A stretch of 64,000 bases of DNA from Amphiscolops sp. MND2022 (Eukaryota). The notes beneath the pieces were generated by a model that was not told the origin of the DNA, ran no database searches, and saw only the letters and a program-made list of their open reading frames with translations. The position numbers and the translations under genes are program-made. The DNA lies in contig OZ076409.1 of NCBI GenBank assembly GCA_964187785.1, positions 93,808,001-93,872,000 of the forward strand. Direction: 5' to 3'. Below, one piece after another: positions 11,021-20,539 of the stretch; positions within the stretch are counted from its first letter, which is position 1; every line of letters starts with the position of its first letter.

Positions 11021-14000
11021 ATGGAACGATTCGGAACCAGACCGAAAAATAGAACAACAAATGAAAAACCCTGTAAATTCTGTAACGCACCAAATTGGAA
11101 CCCAACACACAAATGCCCGGCATTGGATAAACTCTGCAACAATTGCGGAAAGAAAGGACACTTTGCCCGAGTATGCAGACAAAAAGAAAATTACAGACGC
11201 AAAGTACAAAACGTAACCGAAGAAACAACAGCAACTGGCGGAGAATCCGACGAATCAGAAACGAGTATCTACAGAGTCGAAGAGATAAATAGAATTACCG
11301 ACAAAAACAAATACCTAACAGCAAAGGTAAAAGTGAACGGAATTGAGAAAGAATTCATAGTAGATACCGGATCACCAATCTCGATAATGCCGGCAGATGA
11401 ACAAATATTGAAGAAAACCGAACTGCAGAAAATAAAACATCGATACCGAGATTTAAACAAAAATGAAGTCAGATTCCGGGGACAAATATCAACAGACATC
11501 GAATACGAAAACAACAAACAGAAAATGCAATTATTGATCACCGAAAGAAATGTCATAACACCATTATTGGGAATGGACTGGATGAAGAAATTCAATCCAA
11601 CAATTAGAAATATCCGAACAGACGAAAACAGCCAATCCGAAAAGAAACGGGTAATCGAAAAGTTTCCGGACTTATTCAAAAACAACACAACAATAAAAGA
11701 CACGGAAATAAACATCCAGCTGAAACCAGGACACTACCCGGTGAAACAAAAAGCAAGACCAATTCCACTACATCTGCAAGAAGAAGTCGGAAAAGAATTA
11801 GAAAAACTGATAAAAACCGGACACCTGGAAAAAGTAAAACACGTGGATGAAGATTGTTTTGTTTCTCCGGTAGTAATCACCGTAAAAAATGATAAATCAG
11901 TAAAAATAGCACTAGATTCAAGGAAACTAAACGACAGCTGCATAAAAATTAGAGCCCACATGCCGAACATGGAAGAATTGTTGATTCAAATTTCGGTAGA
12001 GATCACAAGAGACCGAACCAAAGAACTGAACATATCAAAAATCGATCTGGACTACGCGTACGGCCAAATGCAATTATCAAAAGAGACAAGCCGACAATGT
12101 GTATTCGCAATAACCGGAGGGAAATTTAGTGGATACTATCGATTCAAAAAAGGATTCTACGGTCTTGCCGATATTCCAACTATTTTCCAAGAGAAAAGCG
12201 ACCGAACTCTAGAATACTCCACACCGGCGTGGTTAGACGATATAATAGTAGTCACCAGAGGAGACCGAACAGAACATGAGAAGAAATTGTTTGATGTACT
12301 GAGAAAACTACAAGACGCAGGATACCGAGCAAGTGAAAGAAAATCGGAATTCTTTCTAAATAAAACCAAATGGCTCGGACATGAAATTGATGAAACGGGG
12401 ATAAAACCGAATACAGAGAAAGTGAAAGCAAAATTATATTTGAAACCCCCGGAAAACCAAAAACAGCTGAAGTCATTTCTCGGTGCAATACAATATTTAG
12501 CAAAGTTTATCCCGAGACTATCGGAAAGAACCGAGAGACTACGGAGACTGCTGAAGAAAGAATCTAAATGGAACTGGGGAAAAGAACAAGACGAAGATTT
12601 CAACAACATAAAGAAACTATTAACCGAAGAAACTTGTCTCGCTCATTATGCAAAGGACAGAGATAACATCGTTACAACCGACGCAAGTAAAACCGGACTT
12701 GGCATTACACTATGGCAGAAACAATCGGATGGAGAAATAAAACCGATAGCATTCGGAAGTAGATATCTAAAAGAAAGCGAACAAAATTACTCGATCGGGG
12801 AATTAGAATTACTAGCAGAGGTGTGGGGCTTAGAAAAATTCCGATTTTATTTATACGGAAAGAAAGTCTTTTTATACACAGATCACCAGGCACTTGAACC
12901 ACTGATTAAAAGAAACCGGTGCAATCGGCAATATAGTGCAAGACTAACCAGATGGTTAGACCGACTTGCACCCTTTGATATAGCGATACAACATATTGCC
13001 GGTAGCAATCTAAAATTCACCGACTTCTTGAGTAGAAATCCGGTAGAAAACGCAGCGACCGAAGACGTATACGATGAGCAATACGTAATTAACATCCTCT
13101 CAGAACAAGCCGAATTAAATTTAAAATACGGCTCACTATTCGTCGACCAATCACACAACGCGTCGAAAAGGAACAAAATGAACGAAACTAAGAGCGACGA
13201 CCAATCAAAACACAATAGAACATTGGAGAATAACCGAGACGTGAACAAAAACCGCGACCGAGCGAAATTCACATCGAACAATAGCCGAGAAAAGTTAAAA
13301 CCGGAAAGTAAAATCCGAAACGCAACGTTACATCAAAATTCAATTTCAAATTCAAATTTAATACTACCATTTAAGAACGAAATGGACCCAGAATACTTCC
13401 ACTGGGGCGCAACAACTGAGATTATGGAAATCATCAGACGGAGAAGAAAGAGCCCAGAAACTCTCAGACTTGTGGAAAGGAGGCTGGAAATCTCGAGACC
13501 AGGAACAATGCGCAGAAAGTTCGACATGAACGCGCAACGGCAAATCTGGTTCCCTTCTCGACCGAATAAAAGAAGCAGAGAAGAAATCGCCGAAATCGAC
13601 GGAGAACTACTCACCCGAGCTAATCGACTCGGCGGGGGCTACCAACCAATAGAAGACCGAACAGCGGAAGACGAAGACCCAAACAACAACCACCAACAAC
13701 CGGAAATTATAGAAGAAGAAAATGAACCGGAAAGCGAAGGCGAAAGCCAAATAATACGGGGAGACAACTTCCCAATCGTGGATTTGAAAGCATACAATAC
13801 GGAAGGCCGAGAAGCTCAGTTCATACAAATAAATCAGGTAGTTGAAAAGATGACGGGAGACAAAAAAGCAACGGAAGACGCTATAAAGAAGGCCGAATTC
13901 AACTTCATGCTCGACCTAAAGACATTATTCGCGAAATCCAGTACAGACGCCGAACTAAATCGGGTCAGAAACGCGATGAGACGAGCAGAAAAAAACACGG

Positions 14001-15304
14001 CCCCAGAATCGTACCGAACAGTATTCGAGAAACTATCGAATAAGTGGGGACTAACATTTAATGAAGATCGCATAATCATACCGACTGAACTGAGAAAGAA
14101 ACTGCTTGACACACTGCACTTCGGACACGCCGGATCAACAAAGATGCTCGCGGAATCCAAGATATTCTGGTGGCCGAACATGTGCAAAGAAATCGAGGAC
14201 AAAACCAAAAACTGCGTAGCCTGCATGGCTTCGGGTAAGAATCTAAAGTATCAATTACCGAAAAATAACTTCGGAAAACTAAAAACCTTGACGGAACCAG
14301 GACAAGAAGTCCAAATCGATTTTACCGGAAAACTAAATCACAAAAAATTAAACAGAGAACACCAAATACTAATCGCTATCGATAGATTTAGTAAGTGGCC
14401 AACCGCAAAGATTTGCAAATCATCGGAAACAAAAGAAGTACTGACTTTCTTAAAACGAAACTTTAATTTATACGGAATCCCGGAAAAAATCAAAACGGAT
14501 AAAGGCGGAGCTTTCATCGCCAAAGAATATAGAGATTTTTGCAAATCGAAAAATATCGAAATCGAATACAGTACACCGAGATTACATACCGGTACGGGAG
14601 TAGTAGAACGCGCAATCCAAACATTAAAGAACTTAATAATTGCCAATATTGAAGACGACTTATGCCTGACCGAATGTGTAAGTAGAGCATTACATGTAAT
14701 GCGATTCACGATACATACGAGACAAAAGATTACGCCATTCGAATTACACCACGGTCGTAAACCACGGACCGAACTAACCAATCTAGTGAAAACCGGAAAA
14801 TCATTCCTTTCTAATTGGTCAGAAATGTCTATTTCAGCAAACCACCGACCGAAGATACCTATCTACGTCACCAGAAACGGAGACGGGGAGGTATCAAACC
14901 ACATAGTGATAGCCCGTACAAAAGCGGAAGAAAAAGCTCAAGCCGAAAAATCACCGAAAAAGAAAAATTCGGTCAGTAACTATCCTTTCCAATACTTTGA
15001 AAAAAACCATAACAAAAAATCACTAGAAGGTAGATTTCAAAAACATCTACAAACGGCAGTGGAAGGTACGGAGCATACCGTTACCACCAATACCGGAAAA
15101 ATATTTCACCGAAAATTTATTTCGGATCCGATTATATTTCAGAAAGAAAGAAAAACAGCACCAAAGATCGGAGACACAATAACCCCGAAAAACCGTCACT
15201 GCCTTATAGGGGTAGACGGGAAGTACATCCAATGGAACGAGATTTTAAGAGATGTGCTTAACGGGAAATTGAAAATCATCCCGAACAAGAAAACAAGAAA
15301 CTAG
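11021..15304 (+). CDS. pol: E2 nucleocapsid-protease-RT-RNase H-integrase polyprotein
   Basis: Knuckle CNNCGKKGHFARVC; PR IVDTGS; RT LDSRKLN, IDLDYAYGQ, FYGL, WLDD; RH TTDAS, ELELLA, TDHQAL, DFLSR; IN HFGH...CVAC, QIDF, KTDKG, VVERAIQTLK. The C-terminal tail (RRSNRESKQPNRY...FWI*, stop at 15573) continues in another frame, implying a frameshift near 15300. Confidence 0.97.
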   Translation: MERFGTRPKNRTTNEKPCKFCNAPNWNPTHKCPALDKLCNNCGKKGHFARVCRQKENYRRKVQNVTEETTATGGESDESETSIYRVEEINRITDKNKYLTAKVKVNGIEKEFIVDTGSPISIMPADEQILKKTELQKIKHRYRDLNKNEVRFRGQISTDIEYENNKQKMQLLITERNVITPLLGMDWMKKFNPTIRNIRTDENSQSEKKRVIEKFPDLFKNNTTIKDTEINIQLKPGHYPVKQKARPIPLHLQEEVGKELEKLIKTGHLEKVKHVDEDCFVSPVVITVKNDKSVKIALDSRKLNDSCIKIRAHMPNMEELLIQISVEITRDRTKELNISKIDLDYAYGQMQLSKETSRQCVFAITGGKFSGYYRFKKGFYGLADIPTIFQEKSDRTLEYSTPAWLDDIIVVTRGDRTEHEKKLFDVLRKLQDAGYRASERKSEFFLNKTKWLGHEIDETGIKPNTEKVKAKLYLKPPENQKQLKSFLGAIQYLAKFIPRLSERTERLRRLLKKESKWNWGKEQDEDFNNIKKLLTEETCLAHYAKDRDNIVTTDASKTGLGITLWQKQSDGEIKPIAFGSRYLKESEQNYSIGELELLAEVWGLEKFRFYLYGKKVFLYTDHQALEPLIKRNRCNRQYSARLTRWLDRLAPFDIAIQHIAGSNLKFTDFLSRNPVENAATEDVYDEQYVINILSEQAELNLKYGSLFVDQSHNASKRNKMNETKSDDQSKHNRTLENNRDVNKNRDRAKFTSNNSREKLKPESKIRNATLHQNSISNSNLILPFKNEMDPEYFHWGATTEIMEIIRRRRKSPETLRLVERRLEISRPGTMRRKFDMNAQRQIWFPSRPNKRSREEIAEIDGELLTRANRLGGGYQPIEDRTAEDEDPNNNHQQPEIIEEENEPESEGESQIIRGDNFPIVDLKAYNTEGREAQFIQINQVVEKMTGDKKATEDAIKKAEFNFMLDLKTLFAKSSTDAELNRVRNAMRRAEKNTAPESYRTVFEKLSNKWGLTFNEDRIIIPTELRKKLLDTLHFGHAGSTKMLAESKIFWWPNMCKEIEDKTKNCVACMASGKNLKYQLPKNNFGKLKTLTEPGQEVQIDFTGKLNHKKLNREHQILIAIDRFSKWPTAKICKSSETKEVLTFLKRNFNLYGIPEKIKTDKGGAFIAKEYRDFCKSKNIEIEYSTPRLHTGTGVVERAIQTLKNLIIANIEDDLCLTECVSRALHVMRFTIHTRQKITPFELHHGRKPRTELTNLVKTGKSFLSNWSEMSISANHRPKIPIYVTRNGDGEVSNHIVIARTKAEEKAQAEKSPKKKNSVSNYPFQYFEKNHNKKSLEGRFQKHLQTAVEGTEHTVTTNTGKIFHRKFISDPIIFQKERKTAPKIGDTITPKNRHCLIGVDGKYIQWNEILRDVLNGKLKIIPNKKTRN

Positions 15305-15719
15305 ATTCGGACTCCGAAAGTGAAGAAGGAGAAATAGAAGACAAAGATAGCGACTTTGAGAACCCCGACACATCCGAACGAAACGGTCGCTACCAACCAA
15401 TCACAACATCACCCGAGGACGAATTGAACCTCCACACGGATGGCGAATTGAATACGGGTGAGATAAAAACTGAAAATACAGTTACCGAAAAAAATATTAG
15501 ACGGTCAAACCGGGAAAGCAAACAACCGAATAGATACGTGGGGGTGGCATATACTCGAAATTTTTGGATATAAAAAATTGATAGAATTTATATGTTAACA
15601 GGCGACAACAAAAGGAACAGTAGAAAAGAGCCACCACAACCACTCACCACACCAGCGGACTTCGCACGGGAGAAAACACCCACACCGGGATCATCGAGAA
15701 TGTAAACCGAAGAGAGCCC

Positions 15720-15731
15720 AGAAGGGGGGAA
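15720..15731 (+). promoter_or_regulatory. E2 polypurine tract
   Basis: AGAAGGGGGGAA directly before the 3' LTR. Confidence 0.9.
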
Positions 15732-15978
15732 TGTAATACGGTGTGAATACCGATACCGATTTCTACGGTGACATTGTCAATCAAACTTAAATCTCATAGA
15801 CCAAGTTGGCAGAACTTATGTTTATATGATTGTAAACAACCTACTTCTACTTTGTATTGAGGTTAAATCATTTGATGCTAGAAATAGACATAGAAGAGAT
15901 CGCATTGACATTGCTTTGAGTTAAAGAGATACTTTTATAAAAACCTTTATTTCTTCTACTTAACCAAGAAATAGAACA
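15732..15978 (+). repeat. E2 3' LTR
   Basis: Direct repeat of 10064-10310. Confidence 0.97.
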
Positions 15979-17914
15979 TATGGAACAGGGGACGTCAGGG
16001 ATATCTGTATTGCTTTGTTTTGCCGACCACTTCAAAAAGAAAACAAGGAAACTTTTGAATTATGATCAAACTAACGAAAGTAGAACGGCAAACAACTGTA
16101 CCCTTGATTTGAATAGAGTCCATGGTGAGGGCTTGGATTAAGAAATGCTTGAGAAGCACCGAACCATGGGTTTCACCAAAACTTGTGATACAGCTAAAAC
16201 TTCTTGAAACCGACAAAATACTAGTTGTGCGTAAAATTTTTGCACTTTATGTAGAAATAGATCCAAATCAGTTAGCATAGGTTCTATGCTTGCCAAAGGA
16301 AATAAAACTTTTTTTTCAACTCAGAGAGTTTTTTACGGAAGTTTTCGGAACATTCAAATTACCGGTTACCGAAAAAGTAAAGAACCGAATATGCAATGTA
16401 CAGTCAGAGCCTCGTTTCAACATTGGAAAAAGTTTTAAAACTCAAATTTGAACTAAATTAATTTTTTGCAAACACACTATATTCCGGAATCGACACATTT
16501 TGCAAAGTTCGGACGAAATTCTTGCTAATTACGCATTTCTTACAAATTTTGTAGGAGAATCGCAAATTTTGCAAGTTTGTTACAATGTCGGACATTTCTT
16601 ACAACTTTCTGATAACAATTTCACAAAGTTTGCATCTATACATATGAAATTGTGTAAATTAATGCATCTTCTTACATGATCTTACAAAGTTAATAGGAAG
16701 AATTGTGCAAAAATTATGAATTTTTTCAACGAGGGCATCCTCAAATAATTCAAAATTCGAATTTTGATATGAAATTTTCCAACGTGCTAACTGTATTGAA
16801 AGTATATCAACGTTGCGCGGAAATTTTGCAAAAAGAAGCAAAGCTTCAATCGTGGAAAAAGTTGACATTTAAAAAACAACCTCACAAACGCTGATTAGCC
16901 AAAATCCACAACATCCAAATTGAAAGCACCGATTCCTCAACCAAACAAAAAATAGTATTCATATTAAACATTAAAAAAATTTTTTCTTTAATGGCAAAAA
17001 TTGACTCAACTCACCACGTGATAATCTTAACATGTTGACTGCAGAAAAGTAACCCAAAAAGAGAAGATTAATCAAAGTGAGAGCTCATTTTTTGTAGGCA
17101 GGAAGTTTTTAAGGGGAAAAATCTGTAGTGGACATTCGATAAGAAAAGACAGCCCGCTGTCACATTTGTATAGTGCGGATTCCGAATGTGGTTAAAAACG
17201 GCTTGACTTTTTAGAGGAAAATGTAAGAAAGCGGCAAATGGAAGAAAGGTCGGGAGAAATGAAACAAATCAAACAGGAATGAGATTTAGACAAATCATAT
17301 TAAAAAGTAGCGGGAATAATTCATCGCCATAGAAAGGTGCGATGATTAATCTTCATGTGGGATGTTTCGACATAATACAAGGTGCCTTGCTGCTGTTTCC
17401 ACCGCTAATGTAATTCCCACCGCGAATTATAATAACGTAGATAGGAAAGAAATAAATTTTGACGTATCTAATTCGCTGCTTGCTTTCATTTTCTGGAATG
17501 GTCGCCGCCTTGGGCTAAAATTGACTTTTGCCCATTTTTGAGGATTACGTAATGTGTATTACGTAATACCTGCGAAGGGGCGGCTTGAGCTGCAAGCGTT
17601 TAACTTTTTGGGCGGGGAAAAGAAAAAAACAGAGCGTGGTTGTAAACTTAGTAGTTCAGTTTATGGGCTAACATTATTACTCCCCAATACAATACTTTTT
17701 CCAGCATTTTATATCGTGGTGTTTGTGCGGGGATTGAAAGAAATGGGATGGAAACTTCACAATTTGCTGGGGGTGATGGTTATTCAGATGAAAAAAGAAT
17801 GGAAAAGTGATAAACAAATAAAGGAAAACAAACAAACAATGGGTCGGTTGAATGGAAAGAAGAATTGTGGCGGCGGTACATTAAATTGAAACGTGAAAAA
17901 CAGGAGGTACTTTT

Positions 17915-18075
17915 GAAACATGTACACGATTGTCGAGAGTTGCATGTATGCACACATGTATGCACTTCGATGTACATACATGCACGCACAGACGTTGACG
18001 TTGTTATCAATATTTTGTTGTTTTGTTGTGTATATGCTGCGCATGTGTATGTACTTTTACTACATGCACATGTGG
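17915..18075. repeat. Low-complexity alternating purine-pyrimidine tract (CATGTA/TGCACA motifs)
   Basis: Repeated catgtatgcac, acatgtacac and gcatgtgtatgtac. Confidence 0.6.
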
Positions 18076-19544
18076 GGATACTCTATAATTGGTATGGTAT
18101 AGTACAAGCAATCATGGTATAGTTTTCAGCCAATCTAAAGAAGAGAGAGCGAGAGAGAAAGAAAGTGGAATATTGAAGAAAGGTCTATTTAGTCTTCTTC
18201 TTTTTCGCTCTTTCTCTATTTTTCTTCCACTACCGCAGTAACTGTAACTTTCAGCTGCAGCGTGAATCATGCATGAGGTTATCTTCCCATATCGCTTCAC
18301 TTGAAAATACTGACACGCGCCGTTGCGTCGAAAACAACACGGATACTATCATATGTCTATCTACCTCCACTTTTTAATCGTATCTACCTGTTTTGTACTT
18401 GCCACCGGCTACGTACAGTTGCGAAAAACTACTGCGCTAGTCATCAATGCTTCTTTTATGGACGGACTTCGGGACTGAGATTAGTCCCATCGAATGTAGT
18501 TTCAGCAGAGATTCTTCTTTATAGGAACGCGAATAACATCAAACAAGGAAAAGGTTTGAAAGTGTTTCGGGAACAAACCCTCTTCTAAAATTCAATGTTT
18601 CAAGATAGGGAATGAACATGACTTGGTTTTGGATAAAATTCCCGTCTTGCGTTTATTCAATAATATTCCTTAGAAGTTATTCCACTTCTAGTCCTGTTTA
18701 TACATTAAAGTCGCCTTTATCTGGTTTTCTGTTTTTCTTCATCAATTTAGGGGGAAGGGGTGGTTTGTTTTGGAATTACTAAAATGACTTGTTTGGGCTT
18801 TTCCCCAAAAAAATCATTATGGGTTGAAAACAGGCCGTGCAAAACAGCAACAAGCAAAAACCCATAAAGTTGATTAAAATCGAGGCATTCGCGCCGCGTG
18901 GATAAAGCGAAAGGTGGAAACTGATTTTGTGAATGGAAATTCTGATTTTTTTCGGAATCAATTTCGAAATGACACCCAATCGAAATTATCTTCCTTCCAC
19001 CGTTCGCTGTGCCTTCAAATCCCAAGGCCAACGTAGATGCGAATCTACAGTTTTTCAGATTTCACCTCAAGTGAAAAAAGTGAGAAAAAGCCGCTTTTAG
19101 AGGCGTTCTTTTCATTTTTTTTCTTCTATGTTGACACAGTGGCAGATAAGGAAGCAGTTTTTTGAACAATAGCGTTGCTGCAGTTTAGAAATTCAGTAGG
19201 AAGTGTCCAGACACAAAGGAATCGAAGGTTGTTTTTCAAAACTACCGGTGACAAAAGAAAAAAGGAACTTGTCTTTTCAAACCTGCCCTTTTGAGTTTTT
19301 TGCTGAGGGGAAGGTAGATACTGATCCGAAAAGAGTCAAGCTTGCATTGAGCAACAACTCTGAAATTTCCATCAGCATGTAACTGTGGCTGAAGCAACTG
19401 TTATATAACTTCATGTGATAACTTTTAAATAAATTTAGATGGCACAAAAGAAAAATATGTGAACGGAAGGAAAGATTATCCCAGGTTATCCGTCACGATT
19501 TACTCAAGAAATATCATCCAGAAATACCAATCCAGATCATGGCT

Positions 19545-20084
19545 GCCTATTTCCAAAGTGCTCGAACTTTCAACATGTTTTCGAAACATATCAACATTTT
19601 TCAATATCATTTTCTAGAACACTTACGTAAACTTTTATGAGGAACTATTTCTCTGTTATTATCGACTTTTGTCAAACTGCATTGAAAAATGCAGAAAAAA
19701 CTTGGCAAGCAATGGAGTATTGTAGGTTTAAGAACGCATCAGTTCTATTTTTAAAAGCAGCTAATTTTTTTAAAATCTTTAAACCATTTCAACGCAAAAT
19801 TATTTTGTCACGTTTACACTGCAAACAAGCGCCATCTTCAGCATTCTGTTTGAGAAGCAGTGATTACTTCACATGAAAAGTTGAGAAATGAAACGATGAA
19901 TATAACGTGATCTTGCCGGTATTTGAATAGAAAGAATCTTCAATTCACTCGCATTAGTGAAAACTGCATTGGAATCCGACAAGATTTAATGGCAGAGGCG
20001 TGCTGAATTTTTCAGATATCATGAAAATTAGGCTGTATGCAGGCACGCATATTGTAAAAAGTTGCAGCATTCTCGACTATGAGG
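19545..20084 (+). mobile_element. Old copy of CCC-TIR family A
   Basis: Collinear with 41841-42389 (GAACTTTCAACATGTTTT...GTGATTAC...GTAAAAAGTTGCAGCATTCTCGACTA). Confidence 0.7.
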
Positions 20085-20358
20085 GTAGTGTAAGCAAAAA
20101 TTTCAAACATAAAAAGTATCAGTCTTACCTCAACTAAAATTACCTCTGCTTATCTGAATACGAATTCATGCATCGATGATTCAGAATGATTCAGAATGTT
20201 CAAAGATTGGGTTTTTCATTGTCTTTTCCTCTGTAAAACCTAATCGAAAAAAAAAACGTTTATAAAATGGTATGAAAGGGTTCCATTTTGAAAGGAGCCG
20301 CGCCGCGAACAGTCAAAGACCACGAAACGCTTGACACTCAAAGAGGCACTCTTGAGAT

Positions 20359-20539
20359 TATTGTATTCTCTGAGAATATCTCAATTCAAAACGTATGTAA
20401 AAATAACAATGTTTTCTCTAGATCGAAACGTACTCTAATGAGGTCAAACTTTAGTTATCAAACTAAATGTTTGTAGGTAAATACAAACTCAAAATGGCAA
20501 CAGTTGTTTATCAACAATTCTCAATTTCTCTATTCTTCA
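20359..20539 (-). repeat. E3 3' LTR
   Basis: Identical to 26128-26308; preceded on the minus strand by PPT AGAGGGGGAAA (20540-20550). Confidence 0.97.

Larger units (their letters stand above)
10064..15978 (+). mobile_element. E2: full-length Ty3/Gypsy LTR retrotransposon (Mag/SURL-like organisation)
   Basis: Paired 247-bp TG...CA LTRs; 5-bp TSD TATGG (10059-10063, 15979-15983); PBS; PPT; domain order Gag-PR-RT-RH-IN. Confidence 0.98.
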
